Origin: a bacterium
GTDB taxonomy: Bacteria; Bacteroidota; Bacteroidia; Bacteroidales; P3
Direction: 5' to 3'
Assembly (NCBI GenBank): GCA_014803485.1
Contig: JAAVBQ010000035.1
Span: 7,428-71,427 of the forward strand
Length of the DNA stretch: 64,000 nt
Of this stretch, positions 19,620 through 28,573 are shown one piece after another; position 1 is the first letter of the stretch, and each line of letters starts with the position of its first letter. A program made the position numbers and the translations under genes. The notes below the pieces were generated by a model. The model saw only the letters and a program-made list of their open reading frames with translations, searched no databases and had not been told where the DNA came from.

Positions 19620-21650
19620 CTATTTTTCAGCCTTGTATGTGCGCACGCAACGGATACCGCGCATAGGCGCTCCGTTGGCCTGAGTTCCGTTGGTGGTTAT
19701 AGCTCTATTGCTCGGAATAATGGTGTTGGCAAACATATGGCGGGAAGAAATCATACCGGCATAATATTGCCAACTATTCATATTGCCAACGTTCCAGTTT
19801 ATTTCATTCTCAGTAACCCGACCTGCCGCATTGGTGGCATTTGCAGCAGGTACACCAGGATAGTTAACCCCATAGCCACTTTTGCAAGCCCACCAATTAT
19901 TACCTGTAGCCCACCAAGAACGCCATGTAATCGACGCAGAGGAAGAACAACTTCCTGTCATAACATTAAACATCATGCCTCGGCAAATATAATATTTGGC
20001 ATTGGTAGTCATGTGCCAATCTTTATGCGTGGCCGCCCCATTGGGATTCAACTGCCCGCAACCATGGGTACCCACAAAAGAGCGCCCTGTAGTATCGTAG
20101 GCCGAAATACACATTTCGGCCACATTGTCGCTCATATTCATCACGCCCCAGAAGGTGGCACCCGCTTCGGCACGCGTGGAAGTGGAGTCGGCAAAAATAC
20201 CCACACGCAGAGGGGCAGGATAATAGGTATGCGTCCATGACCATGAATGCGAATTTCCATACCACCAACCACTAAGATTGGTAGACCCTGTTGTACTCCA
20301 CCCTCTTACATAACCCACATTAAAATTCGGCCCTACAATCTCCGTACCCGTATTCAGATTGGTGATGCCATTGCGCGTTCCATAACTGGCTTGCGTGGGA
20401 TTGGCTTGACCGAAGAACACAGCCGTGACCGAACCCCAGGCATATTCGTCGTTCACAGGTTCGCGCGTGCCCCGGCAGGCCTTTTCGTATTCCAATTCGG
20501 TCATGGGGCGCAGACCTGCAAATTCGGCGTAGGCCAAAAGGTCGTCGAAACTTACAAAGTTCATCGCCAAATCCTGTCCGTCTATATTGCGGACCATCTC
20601 ACCACGATCATCGTATTTCACATTGTCGGTTTGATTATAGACATTGTTAAGATTGGCATCGCAACCGAAAACCACCGAAGGGGCCGCCTGTTTAATTTTC
20701 ACATAATTACGGTAAGCGCTTAAATCGCTACCCCATGCCCAAGTGTTAACCAACGCCGTGGTAAGGTTGCACTGCACACGCCCGTTCTGCTGACCTTGGT
20801 TCAGACTATTCAGGAATTCACACCAAGCTTCCTGCGACAATTCGTATTTCATAATATAGAAAGCCTGATAGCCCTTGGGGTAGGTTGCGGGAATGGTGCC
20901 CGCCACCATGCCGTTATTCAAGGCCCAAAGCGTGGTAGCTCCAGCCGTATTATTTACTGTAATAGCCTTTTCACTCGTCACCACATAGGGCTCCAGCGTA
21001 GCACCAGCGCTGGTGGTGAACGAACCATATTGGGTAGCGGCCGTACCGCGACCGCCCAAATAATAGTCACCTGCCGGCACAAACACCATTTCTACCGCAA
21101 ATACCTTCACCACTAAGTCGTCTTCGTCCACAAAGCCCTGGTTGCCGTAGTTCCATTTAAAGGAGATGCCCGGCACCACCACATGGCCTGCCCCCGAGGT
21201 GGAGCGATGCAAAAAGAATCCCACCACACAGATGGCGGAATCTTCCTTGGGGTCTACCTGCCATTTTTTCCAAGCCACAGAATAACCCGGCTCCAAGGTC
21301 ATGGGTTGGGTAGTCTTGAGACCATCCCGACTGGATACATAGTATTTGGTGCCGGAATTCACAGCATCGGCGGTTTTGGTAGAACCGGCAATGGCACTGT
21401 CTTTTTCCAGATAAACGTGATTCCACGATTCCCCGTCCCAGCACTTGACGAAAATCCAGGCTGCATCGTAGTTATTGGGCTTGGAGGTGCGCCAGGAATT
21501 ATCCCAAGCCAAGTCGAACTTAATCTTGATGCTGTGTTCCTTTTCGTTCTGTCCCTCCAACACCGGAAGCCCGATGATGCGGATGTTGTTGGCAAAAACA
21601 CCGCTCACACAAGCGCCCAGCAAGGTGAGAAGGAGTAGCAACTTTTTCAT
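19620..21650 (-). CDS. Secreted FGE-sulfatase/SUMF1-fold protein, 676 aa, paralogue of 17920-19593 with Trp/Asn-rich insertions
   Basis: Signal peptide MKKLLLLLTLLGACVSGVFA. Same N-terminal domain (NIRIIGLPV...IKFDLAWDNSWRT...NYDAAWIFVKC). FGE-type motifs: MVFVPAGDYYLGG, FYIMKYELSQEAWCEFL, LRPMTELEYEKACRG, VMNMSDNVAEMC, GIRCVRT. Only 26 nt separate it from the next gene. Confidence 0.8.
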   Translation of the reverse strand: MKKLLLLLTLLGACVSGVFANNIRIIGLPVLEGQNEKEHSIKIKFDLAWDNSWRTSKPNNYDAAWIFVKCWDGESWNHVYLEKDSAIAGSTKTADAVNSGTKYYVSSRDGLKTTQPMTLEPGYSVAWKKWQVDPKEDSAICVVGFFLHRSTSGAGHVVVPGISFKWNYGNQGFVDEDDLVVKVFAVEMVFVPAGDYYLGGRGTAATQYGSFTTSAGATLEPYVVTSEKAITVNNTAGATTLWALNNGMVAGTIPATYPKGYQAFYIMKYELSQEAWCEFLNSLNQGQQNGRVQCNLTTALVNTWAWGSDLSAYRNYVKIKQAAPSVVFGCDANLNNVYNQTDNVKYDDRGEMVRNIDGQDLAMNFVSFDDLLAYAEFAGLRPMTELEYEKACRGTREPVNDEYAWGSVTAVFFGQANPTQASYGTRNGITNLNTGTEIVGPNFNVGYVRGWSTTGSTNLSGWWYGNSHSWSWTHTYYPAPLRVGIFADSTSTRAEAGATFWGVMNMSDNVAEMCISAYDTTGRSFVGTHGCGQLNPNGAATHKDWHMTTNAKYYICRGMMFNVMTGSCSSSASITWRSWWATGNNWWACKSGYGVNYPGVPAANATNAAGRVTENEINWNVGNMNSWQYYAGMISSRHMFANTIIPSNRAITTNGTQANGAPMRGIRCVRTYKAEK

Positions 21651-21712
21651 AATCTCACTTATTTTATTGTTTTTCTTTTCTATACACTATAAGCACAAGC
21701 TTATATAAACCG

Positions 21713-21720
21713 CAAATTTA
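21713..21720 (-). promoter_or_regulatory. Candidate Bacteroidota -7 box (TAAATTTG) for the SUMF1-like/giant-adhesin operon
   Basis: The reverse complement of caaattta is TAAATTTG, matching TAnnTTTG. It lies 63-70 nt upstream of the ATG at 21650 in an AT-rich 154-nt intergenic gap. A partial TTG -33 element sits ~19-22 nt further upstream. Confidence 0.35.
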
Positions 21721-21804
21721 ACAATATTCCGACAGTTTTCAACAATTTTTTGAAAACTTTTTTCCGAAGCAGATTTTTCCGCTTGTTTTTCTCAAAACAA
21801 AAGA

Positions 21805-23262
21805 TTAAAGAAGCCCCGTGACGAGATAGTAGTAGAAAACATAAGAAGCCCCACAGCGCGCCCACAACTCCTCATAATCAAGTTCGCCCCGTTTCCAAAG
21901 CCGACAGGTCTCCTCCACACGCCGGCATTCGCGTGCCACCTCCTCAGTCACCTCTCCCGGCTTAGCGTTGCGGGCCAAGAAAAGCCCCTCTTGCAGATAT
22001 TCGGGCAGGGACAGGCCCAAGCGATGGTAGTGGGCGGCATCGGCAGGTAGATTTTCCCAATGCAGATAATAAAGGTCGGTAAAGGTCTTGTAGTCTAAGA
22101 GCAAGGTATCAGACAAGGGCGTATAAATTTTCTCCACCCAAAAGTCGAGAAAAATATCTTCTTCTATGGTGCGCTTGTTGCCACTTTTGCGGTGGTGACT
22201 TAGATAGGGATGCGTGGCAGCGGTTTCGGGGCTGTTATAGGCCTGCCAATAGTTCGCCTCAGCCCTATAAGCCAAAGTGTGCGCCTGATAGTGAAGATAG
22301 CGTTGTGCCAAATCGTAACGGCCCAAATAGATGCTGTTGGGGATAATCCAACGTACAGCCGCGTTGCTAAGCCCGTGCGTATTGAGATGGTTGTTCGCAT
22401 AGATGCGCATAGGCACCATAAGCCCCACATGCCAGGCCAAGCGGATATGGGGAATATTATAACGGCCCGCCGCCGAGTTCGCATAGGGAAACATAGCCTG
22501 CATTTCCGGCACTTGGCCGAAAGAGAAAATTTCGCGGTTGAGCCGATGAGTTTTGAGCAGGGCGAGTTTGAGATTCACCGAAAGCAAATCGCGATATTCA
22601 GCCTTGGCTTGCGAAAGCAACTTTTCTTCGGGGTGGGCATCGAAATAGCGGGACGCAAGGCCATAGACGTGTTCCCAATCCTGCGCCTCGGCCGCCCTTT
22701 CGCTTTTATAGAAAGTCCGCTGCACGGCAAAAGCCTTGTTAAATGTTGGAGAGAATGCCCCTACCCCTAAAGTGGGTAGAAACAAAAGCAGAGCCCAAGC
22801 GGGCAATGTTTTTCTATAAACAGCCGGTTTGCGACACCACAAGGCTTTGATACCTATAGCCACAGCCAATAGAGCCATCAAGCGCAACACCCAGGCCAAG
22901 CCCTCCACACCTCTATAGGCCATCAAAAAATAGAAAGGCGCCAAGATTGCCGTGGCGATAAGCCCGCCTATGCGCAAGCCACCACGCAAAAAAAGATAAT
23001 AGAGCTCGGCAAACCAAAGGCCCAACAACAGTAGGTGGACAACCACAGCCCCTACCCCCCAATGCCAAAATTGAATCAAGAAACGAGCCAACCAATGGGC
23101 CGGGCCTTCGGTAATAAGAATTTCGCTATGAAATTCGCGCAAAAAACAAAAGAAACTTGCTTGTTCGGCCGCCCAAAAACAGGGGAAACAAAGCACCAGC
23201 CAAAGCACAACAAGGGCGGCCAATATGCCTGCAAAAACAATACGAGTTTGGCAACGCCTCAT
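21805..23262 (-). CDS. Family M1: polytopic membrane protein with a helical C-terminal domain (possibly DUF6057-type, unverified), 485 aa
   Basis: Several hydrophobic helices in the first ~190 aa, then a soluble ~290-aa region. Family motifs: FFCFLREF, HWLARFLIQFW, LKLALLKTHRLN, aromatic C-terminus YVFYYYLVTGLL. Last gene of the minus arm, 3 nt after the upstream gene. Confidence 0.7.
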   Translation of the reverse strand: MRRCQTRIVFAGILAALVVLWLVLCFPCFWAAEQASFFCFLREFHSEILITEGPAHWLARFLIQFWHWGVGAVVVHLLLLGLWFAELYYLFLRGGLRIGGLIATAILAPFYFLMAYRGVEGLAWVLRLMALLAVAIGIKALWCRKPAVYRKTLPAWALLLFLPTLGVGAFSPTFNKAFAVQRTFYKSERAAEAQDWEHVYGLASRYFDAHPEEKLLSQAKAEYRDLLSVNLKLALLKTHRLNREIFSFGQVPEMQAMFPYANSAAGRYNIPHIRLAWHVGLMVPMRIYANNHLNTHGLSNAAVRWIIPNSIYLGRYDLAQRYLHYQAHTLAYRAEANYWQAYNSPETAATHPYLSHHRKSGNKRTIEEDIFLDFWVEKIYTPLSDTLLLDYKTFTDLYYLHWENLPADAAHYHRLGLSLPEYLQEGLFLARNAKPGEVTEEVARECRRVEETCRLWKRGELDYEELWARCGASYVFYYYLVTGLL

Positions 23263-23265
23263 AGC

Positions 23266-23952
23266 CTATTTGCCGAGAAACATGCGGCAGTTGTGATATT
23301 CCTGAAGCGTTTGCTTATCGGGAAGGCGTTCAAAATCGGCAAGTGCTTCTTCATAGCGCTCCAACATATAGAGATACATGCCCCGCGATTTATAGGGCCA
23401 AAGGTTAGTGGGGTCGTGCTGAATCATTTTGGTGAGCAGCTTCACCATAGGCTCGCGGGAATCTTTGGCCTTTATCTTGTTGCTCTCATACCAAATCACC
23501 TCAGCCTTATGAGGATATTTTTTCCTTAAATCCTTTTTGAGCTTTTGGTTAAGTTTTCCGTACTCCACACTCATCGCCGTGGTGTCACCGAAACCCGCTA
23601 ACTTTCCGATAAATTCCTTATAGAGATAGTCCAAGCCGAAAGGCGTGGGGGCAATAAGGCTTTCCTTATAGGCCTCGTAGGCCGCCCAGGCCTCTTCGGT
23701 TTTATGCAACTCGAGTAGTTGGTTAATGCTGTCGGGCAAGGCAAGAATCCCCGAGGTGGCCTGATAGAGACTGTCGGAAACTCGGGCCTGCACTTGCGCC
23801 AAAGAATCGGCCACAAAGGCCGCGCGCAGAGCGATGGAATCCGCCTTAGGGTCTTCGTTCACTCTGCGTGAGGCCACGGCAGCAGACTGGGCAAAACCCG
23901 TGCCACAAAAAAACAAAAGGGATAGAAAAGCTATTGCCAAACGCTGCATCAC
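23266..23952 (-). CDS. Small secreted protein with a TPR-like C-terminal motif, 228 aa
   Basis: Signal peptide MMQRLAIAFLSLLFFCGTGFAQS. C-terminal TKMIQHDPTNLWPYKSRGMYLYMLERYEEALADFERLPD. Paralogous to 23956-24585. Confidence 0.6.
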   Translation of the reverse strand: MMQRLAIAFLSLLFFCGTGFAQSAAVASRRVNEDPKADSIALRAAFVADSLAQVQARVSDSLYQATSGILALPDSINQLLELHKTEEAWAAYEAYKESLIAPTPFGLDYLYKEFIGKLAGFGDTTAMSVEYGKLNQKLKKDLRKKYPHKAEVIWYESNKIKAKDSREPMVKLLTKMIQHDPTNLWPYKSRGMYLYMLERYEEALADFERLPDKQTLQEYHNCRMFLGK

Positions 23953-23955
23953 GAA

Positions 23956-24585
23956 TTATTTTTCTTCCGTTGCGGCAGCCTTTTCTTGCTCAAAATAACT
24001 CTCGCATTCCGCTTTCCAAGGCATTTTGTCGTAGTCGGGATGCTTGCTAAAATCGTGGCAAGCTTCCTGCATCTTGCCCTCGTTCATCAGAGCATAACCC
24101 CTATCCAAATAGGCATTCGTATAAGTAGAATCCGCCTCAATCACCTTAGTATAAATACGGATTCTATCTTGATCGGTGATAGTAGGCAATTCATCCAATT
24201 CCATCAAAATCACCTCTACTCGCTTGCCATAGGTGATTTGCAACTTCTTTTTCGCAGTCTCGTAATTCTCCTTGTATTCAGCCTTATCTGGAAAAATCGC
24301 ACTCATACCCCCGTAAAAATCCTTATCGGCATAGGTTGCCAAAAAATCATCACTTATGGTAGGCCGGAACTTGAGGTATTCCGCAAGTGCCTCCTTATAT
24401 TTTTCGGCTTGCATAAGTTCCAATAAGTTTTCGGGAAGCTCAACACCTCTAGGATTCCCACCATCGCCTATAATAACTGTTGTATCGGCCTGCGCCTCTA
24501 CTACCGCCGTGCTATCGGCGGTCTGCGCCTGCACAGCCCAACATCCGAACAAGCCAAAAAAGCTTATCAAAATCAACTTTTTCAT
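23956..24585 (-). CDS. Small secreted protein with a TPR-like C-terminal motif, 209 aa (tandem paralogue)
   Basis: Signal peptide MKKLILISFFGLFGCWAVQAQ. C-terminal TKVIEADSTYTNAYLDRGYALMNEGKMQEACHDFSKHPD aligns with its neighbour. Confidence 0.6.
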   Translation of the reverse strand: MKKLILISFFGLFGCWAVQAQTADSTAVVEAQADTTVIIGDGGNPRGVELPENLLELMQAEKYKEALAEYLKFRPTISDDFLATYADKDFYGGMSAIFPDKAEYKENYETAKKKLQITYGKRVEVILMELDELPTITDQDRIRIYTKVIEADSTYTNAYLDRGYALMNEGKMQEACHDFSKHPDYDKMPWKAECESYFEQEKAAATEEK

Positions 24586-24635
24586 AGTATCTCGTTTTTA
24601 AATAAGTTTCTGCAAAAATAAGGATTTCTTTACAA

Positions 24636-25100
24636 TTAGCGCACACGGCGTTTGTGGTATTTAATCGGGCCGCTGGCCGCGGAAGCAAAGCCCCCGTGCG
24701 TTTGGTCCTCGAGGCTCTGCATACCCTCCTCTCTCAATTTGGCCTCCTTTTCAAGATCAGCCCGCCATTTGCCCTCTATTTTTCTAAGATCGAGCGTCTT
24801 TTGCGCACGGTTGAGCGTATAGCTCAGCGTGGCCTGGTGTTTGTTGTCTTTATCGATTCGCAACTCCTTAATGGCCAGTTCGGGCGCTTCCTGCTTGGCA
24901 TAGGGATTGAGCGAAAGGTTTTCGGCCCTTTCGTCTATAAGCGCATGCGATACGGGCGTGGCGTATTGCTTGGCCTTGGCGAAATCGAGGTCTGTGTAGT
25001 AGGCTTTCAGAAAGGCACGGCCCGTTTTTTCGGCCTGCTGCTTGCCACTGCAGGCACATAGGCACAAGGGAAGAATGAGTAAAAGGAGGTGTTTTTTCAT
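24636..25100 (-). CDS. Small lipoprotein, unknown function, 154 aa
   Basis: Lipobox MKKHLLLLILPLCLCAC-SG. Sits 5 nt downstream of T1 in the same operon. Confidence 0.6.
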   Translation of the reverse strand: MKKHLLLLILPLCLCACSGKQQAEKTGRAFLKAYYTDLDFAKAKQYATPVSHALIDERAENLSLNPYAKQEAPELAIKELRIDKDNKHQATLSYTLNRAQKTLDLRKIEGKWRADLEKEAKLREEGMQSLEDQTHGGFASAASGPIKYHKRRVR

Positions 25101-25105
25101 ACTTA

Positions 25106-26677
25106 TCAGGGGTATTTTAGTATCACAATGCTATCGGGGCGTATCCGCTCCATGCGCGAAAAGCGCTTGGCCTCGGCCGCGCTGGTGCGTATGGGGCGGT
25201 TGGAAAATTCGGGCACGTTGAACGAGCGGAAGAAGCTTAGATAGAAAGCGGGGTCTTTCTGCGGCAACAAAAAGGGTTTGTGCGAAACCCCCAAGCTGTC
25301 TATATAGGTGAAATAGGGGCGGGAATAGAGATTGTCCTCGCGCTTGGTGCTATACATAAGCCAAGACCCTTTGCTGCTGAAGGTATGGTAGCTTTCGGTG
25401 TAGGGGCTGTTTACATTCTCCATTTTCTTGACGGGATAGAGAAAGCCTGGCTTGCGTTCAAAGCCCTCGCCCTCGCTGTCGGAGAGATTGAGCAAGTAGA
25501 GGTCGCTTTCCGGGTGGCGGATGGGGAAGGTGCCGTGGTCGCTAAGACAGACGGCCAAAAAGCATCCATCGGGCGAAAGACGCGGAAAGGAAACGGTATA
25601 TCCTGCCACGGCCGCGTTAATGACGGTGTCGATGCGCCCGAAAGTGCGCGTGGAATCGTTAAAGGCCACGCGGATTAGGTTGTAGCGGATTTTTTTGGAA
25701 AAATCCACATCGTCTTCCTCGGCATCGCGGGGCGGATTGGGGCTTTGGCATACATAGAGCCATTGGCCGTCCGGGCTCCAATAGGGGAAGGTTTCTTCGT
25801 TGAGGCTGTCGCAGAGGCGTTCGTCGGAAAAGATATAATTACGAACCGCATCGTAGAGAATAAGGTCTCCGAAGGAGTCGTAGACCTCGGTGCGGCGCAC
25901 AATGTCTTGGGCATGCACAAAGGGATAGGCCGAAGCCGTGCCGAAGGCGATAAGCTCCTTATTGGGGTGCCAGGCGGGATAGACGCCCCCTTGGGGAAAG
26001 CGCTGCGACTTGAGGTCTACCCGCAGGGTTTGTTCGGGCGTGATAATAAAGGTGCCCGTATGGTCGAAGCGCACGTGATAAACTATATAGTCTCCGTTGC
26101 TTTGGGCATAGGTGTGGCAATTCTCGCAGCCTATGTCTTGCAGGCGGTTGTCGAACAAAAAACGGCTTGTAGCGTCTTGCAGGTTGTATTCTATGGTCTG
26201 CAGCACCGAGGAGGTTTGATAACTGGGCTCTATAAGGCGGCAGCTGAAATAGGGGTCTATGCTGTCTTGCACCTGCCAGGTGAAAGCGTGGCGCTGCACA
26301 CCCTCTTGGGTTTGGAGGCTCAGTTGCACCCGCAGCGTATCGTGCAGGTTTTGCGCCAACAGCCTGTGCCATGCCTTGGGGCTAAAGCGCACCCTATGAC
26401 GGCCCTTGAGCCGCAGAGTATCGGGGCCGCTGCCATAGGCCTTGAGTTCGTAGCGGCTATGGGGCGGCAGTATATAGAAATTGAGGGGCGCGATATTGAC
26501 GGGTATCGTGCAATCGGCATAATCGGGGTAAAGATAGGCCTCGGGCGCGGAAAGATAGCGCATCTGCGCGAGATCGCTTTCGCGTACACGCGGGGAGCAG
26601 GCCACAAAACCTACGGCCATGGCCACAGCCACCAGCCCCCCAACTTTTCTAAATGGATTTTTCGGATTGCTTTGCAT
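25106..26677 (-). CDS. Family T1: lipoprotein with N-terminal domain, CENCH motif and TolB-like PD40 beta-propeller, 523 aa
   Basis: I chose the start MQSNPKNPFRKVGGLVAVAMAVGFVAC (lipobox) rather than the track's 26824 extension, which would lie inside M2. Motifs: YPDYADCTIPVNIAPLNF, DSIDPYFSCR, GCENCH, YPAWHPNKELIAFGT, FPYWSPDGQWLYVC, LSPDGCFLAV, FSSKGSWLMYSTKR, HKPFLLPQKDPAFY. Confidence 0.75.
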   Translation of the reverse strand: MQSNPKNPFRKVGGLVAVAMAVGFVACSPRVRESDLAQMRYLSAPEAYLYPDYADCTIPVNIAPLNFYILPPHSRYELKAYGSGPDTLRLKGRHRVRFSPKAWHRLLAQNLHDTLRVQLSLQTQEGVQRHAFTWQVQDSIDPYFSCRLIEPSYQTSSVLQTIEYNLQDATSRFLFDNRLQDIGCENCHTYAQSNGDYIVYHVRFDHTGTFIITPEQTLRVDLKSQRFPQGGVYPAWHPNKELIAFGTASAYPFVHAQDIVRRTEVYDSFGDLILYDAVRNYIFSDERLCDSLNEETFPYWSPDGQWLYVCQSPNPPRDAEEDDVDFSKKIRYNLIRVAFNDSTRTFGRIDTVINAAVAGYTVSFPRLSPDGCFLAVCLSDHGTFPIRHPESDLYLLNLSDSEGEGFERKPGFLYPVKKMENVNSPYTESYHTFSSKGSWLMYSTKREDNLYSRPYFTYIDSLGVSHKPFLLPQKDPAFYLSFFRSFNVPEFSNRPIRTSAAEAKRFSRMERIRPDSIVILKYP

Positions 26678-28505
26678 AGGAGGGGGGTTGGGGTTGTAGG
26701 GTTTGGGGAATCTCGTGCATATAGAGGTCGTAGAACCAATAGGTGTGCATCCATCTATGGGCCAAATCGGCAAACGAAATCTCGTCGCGCTGAAACTTAA
26801 GGTTGTCGAGCACAAAGAGTGCAAAATCGCGCTGCGTTTCGGCTTCTATTTCGTTTATATCGGTGGGCGTGGTGGCCGCTGCCGGCGAATAGCCCGCTAT
26901 AGCCAACAGGGCTTCCTGCACATGGCGGGGCATGCCTTGCGGATAGCATTCTTTTATCTGGCTGCGATGGGGACCAATATCTCCGGGATTCTTGTCAAGC
27001 AGGCAAAGCGCAAGGTAGTATTCGAAAAACAAAGGATTATAGCCCCTATAGAGGAAGTTGCGGCGGGCGTTCTTGTCGGGTTTATAGGCATCCACGGCAT
27101 AGTTGGAGGGGGGAAGCATGGCTCGTCCCCTTTCTATCTGCGCTTGGTTCACCGAGTCCTTGCCATGAAACAGACTTTGCCGCATAATATGCACGAATTT
27201 GGAGGCGGGCAGCGTATCGTTCAATATCAGGCTCACCTTGATAATCTCGCGCATCACCACAGGTGAATATATATGACTGGTTATCCAATCGTAGTTTTGG
27301 TGCAGGCTTTCGCTGAAATTGCCCGCATAGGCATAGTAAACGGGGGTTACGTAGGATTCGGGGCGGTTGACCAACTCAGAGGGAAAAAGGAAGGGAAAGG
27401 TGGAAAGCCTATAGGTGAAAATCTCCCCGCTGGCCTTGCCCGTGGCCAAAAGGCAGGTCTTGAGCTGGGCTTCGTAGAGCAAATCCTCGGCCAAATGACC
27501 CGTGGCGGCGGTTTGGTCGGGATAGGCTTTGTTGAGAAGTTGCAAAGCCTCTTGCCAGCGATATTCGCGGCAAAGCCGGTCTACCACAAAAAAACGGGAC
27601 ATAGGTTTGGCCTGCGTGGGCGTGATGCCGAGCGAGAAGAGACCTACCAAGAGGCAGAGCCCAATCGTTATATATCTGGAAATCTTGCCTTTTATCCATG
27701 CCCAAAGGGGCGAAGCCATCCATCCTACAATCCCCACCACCACACAAAGTGTGGCAAGAGGCTTCACATAGAAATAGCCGAAAGGCACTTGAATATAGTT
27801 GGTACTGATGGCGTATCCAAGGTTGTGCATCTTTAGGCCCGGCGAGAAAAAGGCATAGGGCTGCCAAATCCATACCCCCACGCAACACAAAACGCCTATC
27901 ACCAGCGTATAGAACGCCAGGCGTTTGAAAAATGCGGCCCAAGCACGGGCCTCGGCCAAACAATCCGAGAGGTCTATCAAGTTGTAGAACACCCAAGCCA
28001 CCAAAATATACTCGCGTATATAAAACACCAAAAAGGCCAAGTAGACGATGCGGAGCGCCATGCAGCGGGTTTTGCCGCAGGTTTTGCGCCAGACTACGCC
28101 GCCCAAGCCTGTGGCAAGAAACACGAGAGGCCAAATCATGAATGTTTGGGGAAACACAGGCAACAAACAGGCCGTGAGCGCAAAACCTATAAGGGTTTGC
28201 CCCGGGCTTTCCAGACCCGCCGCCATATTGAGGCTCCAAGCCGTCAGCGTGAGCAAAAGCGCACAGATAAGAACACCCAAGGCGGGATAGTAGGCAAACT
28301 GCACCAAGAAACTGTTGGTATAGAGCAACGGCCCCCATATTTCGCCGCGAAATTCATCCACATAGGAGGCCGAAAAGCGGAAAAGGGAGCTATGTGCTTC
28401 CCAACCCGCCAAAACTTCCCTGAGGCCGAAATAGAGCACGCAAAAGAATACCACCCCTGCAAGCAGGTAGGCAAGAAGTTTCCACAAGGCATTCTTTCGG
28501 TTCAT
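26649..28505 (-). CDS. Family M2: polytopic membrane protein, 618 aa
   Basis: ATG start MNRKNALWKLLAYLLAGVVFF is preferred over the upstream TTG at 28541, by analogy with the paralogue N-termini. About 9-10 hydrophobic helices, then a soluble C-terminal domain. Its 3' end overlaps the T1 start by 29 nt. Confidence 0.7.
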   Translation of the reverse strand: MNRKNALWKLLAYLLAGVVFFCVLYFGLREVLAGWEAHSSLFRFSASYVDEFRGEIWGPLLYTNSFLVQFAYYPALGVLICALLLTLTAWSLNMAAGLESPGQTLIGFALTACLLPVFPQTFMIWPLVFLATGLGGVVWRKTCGKTRCMALRIVYLAFLVFYIREYILVAWVFYNLIDLSDCLAEARAWAAFFKRLAFYTLVIGVLCCVGVWIWQPYAFFSPGLKMHNLGYAISTNYIQVPFGYFYVKPLATLCVVVGIVGWMASPLWAWIKGKISRYITIGLCLLVGLFSLGITPTQAKPMSRFFVVDRLCREYRWQEALQLLNKAYPDQTAATGHLAEDLLYEAQLKTCLLATGKASGEIFTYRLSTFPFLFPSELVNRPESYVTPVYYAYAGNFSESLHQNYDWITSHIYSPVVMREIIKVSLILNDTLPASKFVHIMRQSLFHGKDSVNQAQIERGRAMLPPSNYAVDAYKPDKNARRNFLYRGYNPLFFEYYLALCLLDKNPGDIGPHRSQIKECYPQGMPRHVQEALLAIAGYSPAAATTPTDINEIEAETQRDFALFVLDNLKFQRDEISFADLAHRWMHTYWFYDLYMHEIPQTLQPQPPSYAKQSEKSI

Positions 28506-28561
28506 AGTGCTTCTTTGCGTGTGCGCGTAGTTTTGGCGCAAGCGCGAAAATACAAAAAAAC

Positions 28562-28569
28562 TATCTTTG
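28562..28569 (+). promoter_or_regulatory. Candidate -7 box TATCTTTG for the plus arm of the array (near-leaderless T2)
   Basis: Exact TAnnTTTG match ending 4 nt before the ATG at 28574, in the 68-nt divergent gap between M2 and T2. Confidence 0.4.
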
Positions 28570-28573
28570 TAGC

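Noticed and set aside
19620-21650. Diversity-generating retroelement (DGR) target, because FGE/C-type-lectin folds with Asn-rich C-terminal segments are classic DGR variable regions
   Set aside because: There is no reverse transcriptase, no accessory gene and no template-repeat copy of the 19650-20000 segment anywhere in the window. I keep it only as a note on a possible specificity loop.
25106-26824. Long N-terminal extensions given by the track: 26824 for T1, 31637 for T3, 39972 for M4, 28541 for M2, 30204 for M3, 49583 for mutS2, 47973 for upp, 44302 for the Cys-rich gene, 33370 for Ms
   Set aside because: The extensions overlap the upstream gene or use TTG/GTG codons. They lack signal-peptide character, whereas an internal ATG in each case gives a canonical lipobox or signal peptide, or the conserved family N-terminus, often with an ATGA or short-gap junction.
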